64,000 nt of DNA from the NCBI GenBank assembly GCA_963825865.1, contig CAWGVG010000029.1, positions 32,001 through 96,000 on the forward strand, in the 5' to 3' direction. Below are positions 21,005-31,627 of the stretch, piece by piece. The notes beneath the pieces were generated by a model that was not told the origin of the DNA, ran no database searches, and worked only from the letters and a program-made list of their open reading frames with translations. Position numbers and translations under genes: made by a program. Every line of letters begins with the position of its first letter. Within the stretch, counting starts at the first letter, position 1. The stretch comes from an uncultured Nitrososphaeraceae archaeon (GTDB taxonomy: Archaea > Thermoproteota > Nitrososphaeria > Nitrososphaerales > Nitrososphaeraceae).

Positions 21005-21979
21005 TTATTTTCGTAGTATTATGTGTCTCTCGCCACCTTCGTATATGTTTTCAAATTCTATTTTGAAATTAAACGAGCTAAGGAATTCTACTATTGGTAC
21101 GTAGAAATTAGCACCACCAGGAAGACTGTGTATTTCTATTAAAAGTCCGATATCTTTGCTTTTAGACAATATATTGGTAGCGCCTTTTAATACTTCAAAT
21201 TCAGCTCCTTCAACATCTATTTTAATCCAGTTAATATCTGCGTGACTTATTCCACTTTGTTGTGATAATAGATTATCTAATGTATTGGCATTTACTTCCA
21301 CAAATTTTTCTTCAGGTTTTGCCCTATCGACTATTACGGTATTATATATTGTACAGCCAGATTCTTTGCCCGGTAAATAGAGTTTTATTTTCGTTTCTTT
21401 GGAATATACGGCATAATTTAAAGCAGTGATATTTGTTAAATTATTTAATTTGATGTTATGGTTTAACATCTCAAAATTGCTAGGATCAGCCTCTATAGCA
21501 AATACTTTTCCATTTGTACCAACACGCATTGAACTTAATAGTGTATAATATCCTATATGCGCGCCAATATCTATAACTACATCTCCCTCTTTAGGGGAAA
21601 AGCGCTCGATTAAATCACGTTCATGCAGTGCCATCACTACAAGATCATTGAAAGTATCTTTACTTCGACAATAGGCCTGATAACCATATTCAGGCACATT
21701 AACTTTTAATAGCAAATTATGCATTCCTAAAAGTTTGAAAGATTTATACAAGAAACCTTTATATGTAATCCCTCTTTCAATGTATAGACGATCTCTTTTT
21801 TTCTTTCCTAAAACTATTCTGCCTAAAACCATTAAACCACAATACATGTTTTTGAGGGAAAATAAAACAAGTTTATCTTTTACAGTCGCACCATTTGCTT
21901 CTTTTAGGAGCAATCTATCAAAACTTACTGAATCCTGTCTCGACTTTAGCCTGTCTGAAGCTGAGGTGAAGTTCTTCAT
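21005..21979 (-). CDS. FkbM family SAM-dependent methyltransferase
   Basis: VIDIGAHIGYY, AIEADP, IKIDVEGAEFEVLKG. Confidence 0.93.
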   Translation of the reverse strand: MKNFTSASDRLKSRQDSVSFDRLLLKEANGATVKDKLVLFSLKNMYCGLMVLGRIVLGKKKRDRLYIERGITYKGFLYKSFKLLGMHNLLLKVNVPEYGYQAYCRSKDTFNDLVVMALHERDLIERFSPKEGDVVIDIGAHIGYYTLLSSMRVGTNGKVFAIEADPSNFEMLNHNIKLNNLTNITALNYAVYSKETKIKLYLPGKESGCTIYNTVIVDRAKPEEKFVEVNANTLDNLLSQQSGISHADINWIKIDVEGAEFEVLKGATNILSKSKDIGLLIEIHSLPGGANFYVPIVEFLSSFNFKIEFENIYEGGERHIILRK

Positions 21980-22889
21980 TTAACTATTATTGATATATTA
22001 TGATTTAACTATAGTACGCATTATAGTATCAACCATCAGATTTTGTTTCGAAACGCTTATTTAAACAAATGCGTTATTCTTTCAAATCTTGACCATGAAA
22101 CTAAATATGTATACCAATCTCCCTTTAATTATGATAATTTCTTCAATATATTTGATATTAATTGGAATAATTTCAATTACAGCTATCAACTAACAATTAC
22201 TATATCGGCTATAAGGTTGGTTATCGAGTAGATTGTAATGCTATGCATTGCTACACTAACAGGCGAATGAATAGGAAATGACCTCATCAAAGATTACAGC
22301 AATGGCAACGCTGGCATTATCTTTAGTTTTGATTGGATCAATGATAACTAGTCATTTATTTGTTGTAAATGCATTATTACCAGAAAATTATCTTTCTATG
22401 TCATTCCATCATAAGAGATACTGAAAATAGCTGATGGAGTTTATGACAATTTGTTAAAGGTCGTTGCTAACGATACGATATATCCTGCCAAAGCAACTCA
22501 GACCAATGTCATTGAAACAAAATAAGTGAAAATAAACTCATCTGTACTATAAGTTTACAGTTACACTTACAGGAAAGGCTCAAGGTGTACGAATCGGATT
22601 TGACAGGATAATAATGAAGTGCATAATCTCCCCTTTTATTGTTTCAATTAATTAAAAAATAATGAATGTTTTTAAAAATGATAAAAAGGAGAGAGATTTA
22701 AATCTGTTGTTGTTTTTTGTTTTTAGTTATTGTTACTATTTCGCTACGATGCTATGGTGATGGTGATGACGAGGACGACGCTTGCTTTGCAGTTGCATCA
22801 ACAGTATAGTATGCTTGAGTGCTTTCTTTCTCAAGGAAAGTAGTACTCGACCGATAAGAAAAACAAAATATAAAAAAGTGGAAAAGTAA

Positions 22890-23369
22890 AATGGAAACAA
22901 CAGGTACCAAGAAAATAAAGAGCAACAACAAGAGCCCTTTGATTTAGAAACCAAAAGAAAAATTCAGGAATCCCTGCAGAAGATTTATAACAAACAACAG
23001 CAACAACAAGCCACAAAGAGTAATGGTGGTGGCAGTAGAAAAACAAGTTTTATCAAATTTGTACATGACGGAGAACTTAAGCGCCTTTCATTCACGGGGC
23101 AGTTTCAAAAGGAGCAAATACCATACAAGGATTTTATAACAAATCAAGTGATTGAAGGTAGATTCTCGGAACGATATTTCTTTGAATGCTATGACATTAC
23201 AGATTCAATCCATCCATCTGAAATCTCTATATGGGAACGCGGTCCCAAGGACGCAAGAATTATACTATACTGGCTTTCAAACAACAAAAATGTGTTAGAT
23301 GTCATACGCCACGGTCAGCCAGGGAGCAAAACTACTACCTATGATATCTACCCGCCACCAATGGCTTAG
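22890..23369 (+). CDS. Hypothetical protein resembling MGE-type single-stranded DNA-binding proteins (start unclear)
   Basis: Frame open from 22890: ...TSFIKFVHDGELKRLSF...RYFFECYD...IWE...VIRHGQPGSKTTTYDIYP; the SSB call is pattern-based inference. Confidence 0.45.
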   Translation, partial: NGNNRYQENKEQQQEPFDLETKRKIQESLQKIYNKQQQQQATKSNGGGSRKTSFIKFVHDGELKRLSFTGQFQKEQIPYKDFITNQVIEGRFSERYFFECYDITDSIHPSEISIWERGPKDARIILYWLSNNKNVLDVIRHGQPGSKTTTYDIYPPPMA

Positions 23370-23604
23370 GAATGTTGCTATTGCTGCTGACTATGCTTCT
23401 CCTTCCATTCCTTTTTCTTTATGGGTGGTTAACGACCACTACTTGAACAAGAGCAGTTGTCTTTAACTTATCTTATTGTGTCTTTTTTCTATGTTGTTCT
23501 TATTGTAATGCGTCCCAGCTATTTGCGTTCGATTGGGACAGCCAAGAGCCACTAAAACTCATTATGGGTAGTATAAAGTAATCCTAAAATAATCTGTCTG
23601 GGGT

Positions 23605-23704
23605 ATCTGACGCACCTGACGCATCTGACGCCAGTAGCGAAAATAGTATTGACAATACCAATAGAAAAATTAAGTGATGTCAGATAGGTCAGATACATCA
23701 GATA
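23605..23704. repeat. Two inverted triplets of 9-bp iteron-like repeats flanking an AT-rich spacer
   Basis: ATCTGACGC-ACCTGACGC-ATCTGACGC (23605-23631) and TGTCAGATA-GGTCAGATA-CATCAGATA (23678-23704). Confidence 0.85.
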
Positions 23705-23983
23705 GTAATAGATTATACAATATGTCTACACAGTGAAGATCGTTGGGGCGCTTTCCATCTTGTGAAGAGCTGCAAGTTCCATTTCTTATAGGCACTGACC
23801 AGATTACAAACAAGATAACAAAACATGCTGCAGACTCATGTACTTATGAACCTAGGATAGCTGGTATTAGATCGTCTTTTCAAAGCTAAGGAATATGCTT
23901 TCAGTCCTTTAGGATAGGTAAGACAGAACTTTAAATAATATTGCTTTCAACCTACTTCTACTTTCTTAAGCTATTCACATATC

Positions 23984-24586
23984 CTATAATATCAGAATAG
24001 CCGCACTTATTACAGTCGTCCACAAGCCTTCTTTGTTTCCTTCTGCAGATTGAGTAATATTTTGAGTTTTGTAAATCTTTCCTGAAAGTTTCCATTGTTC
24101 TTCTCTTTGATCCCAAGTAAGAGTTGGATCGTTTGATAAACCTAATGTTGTAGCAAGCATTTCCATAGCCATATCTTCGGCATAATCTCCAGCTTTTTGT
24201 GCTGTTTCTCCAGTCGAATGGTGCTCAGATAGATATCCATATTGTGTATCGTCTGCAGGTCTAGCAAGACCGACAGATGCAGCAATCAACCTATTTGGTT
24301 CGTTAGTAGAGGAACGAGCTAAAATAGTAAAAACAATTTGTCCTGACATTAGATACTTTCTGCCTTCTTGTCTGGGAACTATTTTACATTGCGATGGTTT
24401 TATACTTGATACAGAAGCCAAATTCAAATCAGCTATTTCTGCGTCACGTAAGGCTAATTCGAAACTTGTAAGATAGTCTTTATGCAAGCCTTTGCCTTTT
24501 GTCAAAAACATTATTTTTGGAACATATAGTATTGGATTTGATAGATTTGTTGTTGTTCTTAACGTCTTGTCTTGTCTTTCCATCAT
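23984..24586 (-). CDS. pdaD: Pyruvoyl-dependent arginine decarboxylase
   Basis: LTSFELALRDAEIADLNLASVSSI (S-S self-cleavage site), YGYLSEHH. Confidence 0.92.
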   Translation of the reverse strand: MMERQDKTLRTTTNLSNPILYVPKIMFLTKGKGLHKDYLTSFELALRDAEIADLNLASVSSIKPSQCKIVPRQEGRKYLMSGQIVFTILARSSTNEPNRLIAASVGLARPADDTQYGYLSEHHSTGETAQKAGDYAEDMAMEMLATTLGLSNDPTLTWDQREEQWKLSGKIYKTQNITQSAEGNKEGLWTTVISAAILIL

Positions 24587-24744
24587 TCTTTTATTATGTG
24601 GTAAATAATATTATAATATTACAAAGAAGGCTCGTAGGATATTGTTATACAGCTTTAACTTCTTATCATTGCTATTTTTATCCTTACTTACTATATAATA
24701 TACAGAATATTGATTATCAGAACTATCACCAATTGAATATTCAT

Positions 24745-25055
24745 CTATTTTATTGAAAAGATAACCATCATCAAATTTACCCTTTGTAATGTAGTATAGT
24801 TATGAGGTTTGCGTTTTCTTAAAATTGTCTTTTGTATTGTATATTCTTTAATTTCGTCCTCAGAAGGAGCATCCCTGAATCCATAAACTTGGTCACATCT
24901 ATCCAAAAATGTCTTGAGTGTTGGGATTTCCTCCTTTGACATCATAAATCCTTTGTTCCATGCTGCGTTGTACGGGTTAGCCGTTGCGATAATGGTAGTT
25001 GGAGAATCGATATCGAAATGCATTCCATATTTATCTATGGTGCATCTACCCGTAG
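24745..25055 (-). pseudogene. Internal fragment of a divergent (MGE-type) MCM helicase
   Basis: GRCTIDKYGMHFDIDSPTTIIATANP...EIPTLKTFLDRCDQVY matches MCM PS1-hairpin / sensor-1 (AANP) / Arg-finger (SRFD) region. Confidence 0.7.
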
Positions 25056-25187
25056 GCCTTTTTCAAATTACATATTTCAGCTGATGATGCATTCCATGTT
25101 ACAACTGCATGTTACTATGGTTGTGATTATTTTATCTGTAAGATTGGTTCTTGAAAGAAAAAGCCGATAATAAAGTAAACAATTTGC

Positions 25188-26188
25188 TCCTCTGTTGCAT
25201 AATTCATTAGGATTTTAGGTTATGCAAACCGTTAGCTAGGTCATTCGATTGAACATGTTATACAGAGCTGCCTTTAGGAGGATCTCTTTTACCATGTGAG
25301 GAAACTTTCTAGCTGTTACATGTTCACCAAATGTTCTTTTAATGGAAGAGAATGCTGTTTCTGCTATCCACCTGTACCCATAGCTCACGCTACGCTTCCA
25401 TTTTTTGAGGTTTGTCTTGTTGTCTTACTACAGACATATTCCTAGCATGACAGTTAGTTGACTTGACCTTGGAATTACTTCTTGTCTTTATACCAGGCTT
25501 AATGTGGTTCTTTGATAGGTATCTAAAATTGTTATTGCTGTCGTACATACCATCTGCTAATATACCCTTCAGATTATTATTTTCAGAAGCATTGTCTACT
25601 AACTTCTTTAGCATCTTACCATCATGTACCTCTTCACTTGTTACCTCCAGAGATACAATTCTTTTCTTCTCGATATCAACTGCTATGTGTATCTTTAGAT
25701 ATCCTTTTCTGACATGCCATTTGTGGTGCATCCATTCCCCTCGATTAGTTACCTTAATGCCGGTGCTGTCTAAAGCAATGACAATATCATTTCCTAATTT
25801 TTCATCGATTTTAATCTCTAGCCTGTTTATACGTCTATTAATGGTCACTATAATGTGGTGTGTTTGATACTTCTTTACTTGCATGAGCTATGACTACACC
25901 CTGTGTTTGTCTATATGGTAGATGGAAATATGCTCTCATGTAACCTAGAAGCTGAATAAATGAATTTGGGTAGCAGTAGGGCTCACCAACCTTACCAAGG
26001 TTCATTTGACATAATTCATGATCCCATCCATCAAGTACATCAAAATCCAAGAGTACTTGACCACGCCTAACTAGTGATTCATTATAGCAAGGCCAGTCAA
26101 CCATACCAGAATAATTAATACTAGCAAGCTAAATGGTGAGTGGTCAAATAAGTATCACTTACAAGATAATTAATCATGCAACAAAGCA
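25188..26188 (-). mobile_element. IS5 family (IS903-like) element, copy 1, frameshifted transposase
   Basis: TIRs TGCTTTGTTGCAT / TCCTCTGTTGCAT; TSD CAATTTGC at 25180-25187 and 26189-26196; DSTGIK, DGMYD motifs. Confidence 0.95.
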
Positions 26189-26410
26189 CAATTTGCGTAT
26201 ATCTAATATATCCAAAAACAAGAAATAGAAGGTCTTATAAATAGACTATAATCATCTGAAGTTTTTTGTCCCCTGAAAATAGTTTTACACAAAAACCTAT
26301 TTCATACTTTAAAATATTCTTTTTTGAATGGCTTCATCAGAGTGTTATCGGAGTTAAAAAAGCCATCTTTAATTAGAGTGTATAACCATTAATATCTATA
26401 AAACTATATA

Positions 26411-27064
26411 ATTCTCATAAATATATCAAGCATACCTGTAGCTACAACATCTCTTGTAATTTTAAATACTGTAATCTTTGCATTTGGGCTGCTGTCAGGT
26501 TCACAAGAGCAAATCATACGTAGTTATGGGTTTATTCCTGACCAGCTATTATTATTAACTTATGACGGAGGCAATGGCAATACAAATTACTCTCATCCAT
26601 TCTTACTACAGTCGTCGTCGGACAGCCTGACACGGTTATTCTCTTCAATGTTCATACATGCCAATATTGTACATCTTGCATTTAACACACTAGCACTAGT
26701 ATATCTTGGTGGATATGCTGAAAGATCTGTTGGAATTCTCAGATACATTGTTATCTATATACTGGCAGGAATTGCTGGAGTTTTGTTCTATAGCGTTATA
26801 GCGATTTTTATTTTAGGAAATAGCCATACTGTGTTAATAGGTGCATCAGGAGCAATCTCAGGAATATTAGGAATAGCTGCTGCTGCTGGAAATACCAGAG
26901 CGTACTATTGGCTTTTATTTCAAATTGTATTTGCTTTTATTGGCTCGATTGCTGCAATTTCAATAGCCTTTACGGCGCATATTGGCGGTTTCATGGCTGG
27001 CCTATTGCTTACGAAAGTATTAGTTGTGATAGAACATAAAAAGAGGGTTAAATACCTGAAATAA
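26411..27064 (+). CDS. Rhomboid intramembrane serine protease (start uncertain)
   Basis: Upstream in-frame PVATTSLVILN...YGFIP; MFIHANIVHLAFN, GASGAISG, AHIGGF. Confidence 0.9.
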   Translation: MLINISSIPVATTSLVILNTVIFAFGLLSGSQEQIIRSYGFIPDQLLLLTYDGGNGNTNYSHPFLLQSSSDSLTRLFSSMFIHANIVHLAFNTLALVYLGGYAERSVGILRYIVIYILAGIAGVLFYSVIAIFILGNSHTVLIGASGAISGILGIAAAAGNTRAYYWLLFQIVFAFIGSIAAISIAFTAHIGGFMAGLLLTKVLVVIEHKKRVKYLK

Positions 27065-27347
27065 GCCATATTTGACAATAGTAGTATTATGGCATATGGA
27101 AAATAATTTTATGCGAGTCACGGAATTACATGCTTTATACTCTATGACATTTTTTTCGAGTTAGGATTGTGCTGAATAAATGTCAGCAGAAAAGTTTAAT
27201 CATTAGAAAATAGTAATCTCCCGTAAGGGAGAGCTATTCTATTTATGTCCTAATTTATGGAGTTCTTTTCATTGTGATTCTATTCTTAATTTTAATTACC
27301 ATTCCGGAAGGTGCGCTAAAAAATTATGTCAAATTTGATTCACATCC

Positions 27348-27454
27348 ATCCGAGCCCGGATTAGCATTAGATTCCAAACCTGATTATTACATATTTTGTG
27401 CTAATAATATAATATCAAGAATATGAAGGTTAGGTTCAAGTCCAACTCCAAGCG
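27348..27454 (+). pseudogene. Degenerate tRNA-like sequence with CCA anticodon loop
   Basis: D-arm-like ATCCGAGCCCGG, anticodon arm TTAGA-TTCCAAA-CCTGA, T-arm GG-TTCAAGT-CC, 3' strand TCCAAGCG; no matching 5' acceptor strand. Confidence 0.4.
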
Positions 27455-27597
27455 CTTTATTATATAAAAATCCAGGTACGAGCTACCCCAAGAACACCAT
27501 TTCAAACATAAATATTTGATATTCTCAACATCTATTTGATACTATATGGCATATTGCTACGGCTATTAATGCTGGTGCTGGTATAATCATATATTAT

Positions 27598-28647
27598 AGA
27601 TCTCTTGCGTAATTAGCGGCTATAGTCTAACACCCTACTTGTTTTAGCCGTCTTCTTAGATTGAAATGCTGTCAGACTGTATAACTCTGAAGTTCAGGAG
27701 ACCGGATATTATATCAGATACGTTATTGTACTTCCTTAATCTGTTTCTAAATTTCAGTACCCATTATTCCAAACTTTTTGATCTTACATATGGTATGTTC
27801 TACTATGATCCTTAGCCTAGAATGATTCTTGTTGTAAGTTCTTTCATCACATGAAAGCAATGTACCCTTTTTCTTTTTGATACGAAAGTACAGGCTTTAC
27901 AGTGGGAAAGTCCTTTTCAATGCCAAGATAACCAAGATCAACTATGTTTTCAACTTGTGATGGAGTTATAGAATGATTGTGTTTGTAAATGTCATAATCA
28001 TGTTTTCTTCCACTTCTGTGACCTGTCTTATGCAGTATCAATCCTTCACTGTTTACCATCAATTGTGTCTTGACAGTATGTTTCTTCTTTCTACCTGAAT
28101 AGTAACTCTTCCTTCTTCTTTTGTTCTTAGGTCTTGGAATTTCTTGTTCTGTAGAGTCTATGAAAGCCTTGAATCCAGGAAAGTACTCTTCTACTTCATC
28201 TATAGTTCTTAATCTCCTAGTACATGTTTGTATATCTTCTTTGGCAATGGAATACACTCCTTGATAAGTGGTTCCATCATTGATATATCTCTACAAACAT
28301 TGCTTTGATCAAGGTCAAACAGAAATCCTGATAATGTATATGTAATGTATAATCTGTAGTATACTAGAAGCATAACGAATCTTTCTTTAACTTTAAGACT
28401 TAAATGGTCTACCAGCACCTATATCCCGTATTCTCGTCCTTGATAGAAGACGTCTTCTTTCGTGCTCTTCGTAGTTATGTTCAATTTCGTTACAAATGGA
28501 TTCAAATTCAGATACAGTTACTCCGGTAAATGACCTGAATATCAAAGGTTTCTTACATAATTTGCTATAGGACATCAAAGAGCTTGTCAGATAGATATCC
28601 TATGTGAAGAGGAATATAGCTCTAACTTCTAATTACACAAGAGATCT
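27598..28647 (-). mobile_element. IS5 family ISL2-like element (HTH_Tnp_4 + DDE_Tnp_4), frameshifted transposase about 27656..28578
   Basis: 19-bp TIRs AGATCTCTTG(C/T)GTAATTAG; 3-bp TSD TAT; FIDSTEQEIPRP..YYSGRKKKHTVK, HD, DLGYLG motifs. Confidence 0.92.
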
Positions 28648-28744
28648 TATGGAGATAATACTATGTCGTAATCTTTTCTTTTTTACTAATAATAATTTTA
28701 CACATCTATCAAACTTAATATATGGTAAATCAATAGCGGATTTT

Positions 28745-29497
28745 ATGACTTTGGAGAAAGGTTCTCTTATACTAGTGGATTATACCGCTAAAGTCAAGGA
28801 TACTAAAGAAATTTTCGAAACTACTAATGAAGAAGAGGCTAAAAAATCTGACCTCTATGATCCCACACGCAAGTATGAGCCACGACTTGTATCTATTGGC
28901 GAAGGCTGGGTTCTAAAAGGGTTGGACGAAGCTCTTGCAAGTGCTAATACAGGCGATAAACTAAGTGTAGAAATCACTCCTGACAAAGGCTTTGGCGAAA
29001 GAGATCCGAATAAGGTTAAAATGGTCCCACAGCGAAAGTTAGGCGAGAAAGCCGATGAGGTTAAGGTAGGCGACGTAGTTGAAATATATGAGCGCACTGG
29101 AATTGTTAGATATATAGGATCCGGAAGAGTTCAAATTGACTTTAATAATAGGTTTGCAGGTCGAACTTTGACATATGATGTTAATATAATCAAGAAACTT
29201 GAGAGTGACAACGATAAAGTGATGTCTCTAATAAAAAGAAGATTATCAATTGATGATGAAAAGATAAAAATTGATCTTTTAGAATCAATTTTAGAAATCG
29301 AATTACCGGAAGAAACTTTTATGGTTGAAGGATTGCAAATTATTAAGCGGGCAGTGGCAAACGACATCTTCAAATTTGTAACTGGATTAAATAGTATCAA
29401 ATTTATTGAAAATCACAAGCCATCTACACCACTCCAACTACAACAACCAAAACCTGAAGAAAAACCGGTAGAAGCTACTGAAAATAAGTCTGCCTAA
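28745..29497 (+). CDS. FKBP-type peptidyl-prolyl isomerase (long archaeal SlyD-like)
   Basis: LVDYTAK..FETT..GEGWVLKGLDEAL..GFGERD..DFNNRFAGRTL; likely start MTLEKG. Confidence 0.92.
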   Translation: MTLEKGSLILVDYTAKVKDTKEIFETTNEEEAKKSDLYDPTRKYEPRLVSIGEGWVLKGLDEALASANTGDKLSVEITPDKGFGERDPNKVKMVPQRKLGEKADEVKVGDVVEIYERTGIVRYIGSGRVQIDFNNRFAGRTLTYDVNIIKKLESDNDKVMSLIKRRLSIDDEKIKIDLLESILEIELPEETFMVEGLQIIKRAVANDIFKFVTGLNSIKFIENHKPSTPLQLQQPKPEEKPVEATENKSA

Positions 29498-29629
29498 CTG
29501 TCATATCATTTCTGATGTCACATAGACATAACATATATCATAAATCATTTGTTAGTAATCGGTAAACAGTAAACGATAACTCCCAATACATTTTACTTAA
29601 AGAAAAGTTTCACCTATTAGGAAAACTGC

Positions 29630-30694
29630 TTAAATTACATAGACAGATTTGGCTAGTTCCAATGCGGATTGTTTGTCTAGTTTTAATTTGCTTAGAATTG
29701 TATACCTTTCAGGTCTAAGTGATTGTGCAGTTAGCAGCGATCTGATTACCTGATCTTCATTCAATTTGATCTGTTTTGCCTTTGTGGGAGCACCAACGTT
29801 TTGCAATGTTTCAACTATCCTTTCCCAATCAAGACCATGTAGTTTGGCCATCATAATAGTGCCTAAACCTACACGCTCGCCATGTAATCCACAATCCTGA
29901 CCTGCAACGTATTCTAACGCATGACTAAAGAGATGTTCTGCGCCTGAACATGGTCTGCTACTTCCTGCAATACAGGCTGCAACTCCTGCGCTGATTAATG
30001 CCTCTACAACTGTTCTAATACCAAACCTATTTTTTTGTAGTAATTTTTGTGACTCATCTAAAATAATTTTTGCACTCATATATGCAAGGTTGGCAGCATA
30101 GCTTCCAAAATATTCATTTTTCTCTTCTTTTGCAAGTTCCCAGTCTTTAACCGCAGTTAATTTTGCAACAAGGTCTCCACATCCACTTGCTAACAATCGC
30201 ATTGGTGCCTCAGAAAGCAAATGAGTATCAGCTAATACTCCAATAGGGGTATTTACTTTGACTGAGTATGGCTTGTCGGTACCTCTTATTGAAACAAAAG
30301 GGCTAGAAATTCCATCATGGGAAGCGGAAGTAGGGACGCTAACTAATGGTTTATTTAACTTAAAAGCAGTCATTTTGGCAACATCAACGGAGCGTCCTCC
30401 GCCAAGCCCGATTATAACATCTGGAATACGGTCTCCAATCTTCTTTTGTAACTTATTTACAGAATTCATAGATGCATCATTCACAATGAACCAAGATTCT
30501 TCCAAAGAACATTTAAGAACTGATGACCTGCAGGCTGCACCTGTCCTTGCTTTTACAATGTTGCCTGTTATAATGCCAACCTTTGAGGCATTACTATCAA
30601 GATCCGTGATAAAATAACCAAGTTGAGAAATTACGTCATCCCCTATCAATATCTTCCTTGGTAATTCCATCAAATGAGTAAAGGGTGAACTCAA
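29630..30694 (-). CDS. egsA: sn-glycerol-1-phosphate dehydrogenase
   Basis: GLGGGRSVDVAK, PTSASHDGISSP, SRPCSGAEHLFSHAL, LHGERVG. Confidence 0.95.
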   Translation of the reverse strand: MSSPFTHLMELPRKILIGDDVISQLGYFITDLDSNASKVGIITGNIVKARTGAACRSSVLKCSLEESWFIVNDASMNSVNKLQKKIGDRIPDVIIGLGGGRSVDVAKMTAFKLNKPLVSVPTSASHDGISSPFVSIRGTDKPYSVKVNTPIGVLADTHLLSEAPMRLLASGCGDLVAKLTAVKDWELAKEEKNEYFGSYAANLAYMSAKIILDESQKLLQKNRFGIRTVVEALISAGVAACIAGSSRPCSGAEHLFSHALEYVAGQDCGLHGERVGLGTIMMAKLHGLDWERIVETLQNVGAPTKAKQIKLNEDQVIRSLLTAQSLRPERYTILSKLKLDKQSALELAKSVYVI

Positions 30695-30903
30695 TGCAAA
30701 AACCGTAGGAATGAGATATATTTAATGTTGTAGTATTCTTATTAGAAGAAATAAATAGACCATATTTTGTAAGGTAAATAAACATTTAGAGTAGCAAAAA
30801 ACTGAAAACTTGTATTTTACTCAAACCTTATTTTCTATTCACTCTTGTTAAAATAATGAGAATTAACTGTTGCTAGGTTCTTCTTAGCTCTTAGTGTCGA
30901 GTC

Positions 30904-31416
30904 TTACTGTTCGTCAGTTGTTGTTGTTTCTTCATCCAATTCAGCCGATGGAACTTCTGTTGTAGTTGTTGTTTCTTCATCCAATTCAGCCGATGGAACT
31001 TCTGTTGTAGTTGTTGTTTCTTCAGCTGTATTTTCAGATTGACTTGCAATTTCAGCAGTGGCATACCCTCTTCCTACTTTTGTAATTCTTATTCTGACAT
31101 TATCTCCAACTTTTGTACCCGCTACAAAGATTACCAAGCCTTCGACTTTTGCCACACCTGCATCGCCTCTTTTGCTCATAGATTCAATCTTGACATCAAA
31201 TTCTTCCCCTACTTTAACTGGTGCTGGCCTAAATGGTCTTGGACCTCCAAAACCTCCACGTCCTCTTCCACCATATCCGCCACCGCCACCATATCCGCCA
31301 CCGCCACCATATCCGCCACCGCCACCATATCCGCCACCGCCACCATATCCTCTATCACTACGGTAGCCGCCACCACCTCCACTCGGTCCGCTAGTATGTG
31401 AATCTCTATTTTCCAA
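30904..31416 (-). CDS. TRAM-domain RNA-binding protein with G/Y-rich N-terminus and acidic repeat tail
   Basis: PVKVGEEFDVKIESMSKRGDAGVAKVEGLVIFV; (GYGGGG)n repeats; duplicated ETTTTTEVPSAELDE. Confidence 0.9.
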   Translation of the reverse strand: MENRDSHTSGPSGGGGGYRSDRGYGGGGGYGGGGGYGGGGGYGGGGGYGGRGRGGFGGPRPFRPAPVKVGEEFDVKIESMSKRGDAGVAKVEGLVIFVAGTKVGDNVRIRITKVGRGYATAEIASQSENTAEETTTTTEVPSAELDEETTTTTEVPSAELDEETTTTDEQ

Positions 31417-31627
31417 ACTATATCAGTAAGATAGTATAAATCAACTTAGTATTTCAACTTTAATGTTTTGCTGCCGAAAATTCCTCTATATTTTTTATTT
31501 CCTCGTTCCTTTGAACTTTAAGAAGCGAAACGTTCTTTAAATGGCAGTGCACATAAATCGACGTATTATCTTCAGCAGGTGCATTCTGTACTAATCTTAC
31601 ATCCAAATAATCGGTGATTAAATCCCT

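Noticed and set aside
28604-28744. N-terminal extension of the FKBP ORF
   Set aside because: Begins inside the IS terminus; the real start is more likely ATG 28745.
31265-31350. 18-bp tandem repeats as a CRISPR array
   Set aside because: No spacers; in-frame GYGGGG coding repeat of the TRAM gene; no cas genes in the window.
31039-31401. Plus-strand ISATAT and PPPPY repeat ORFs
   Set aside because: Antisense shadows of the TRAM gene repeats.
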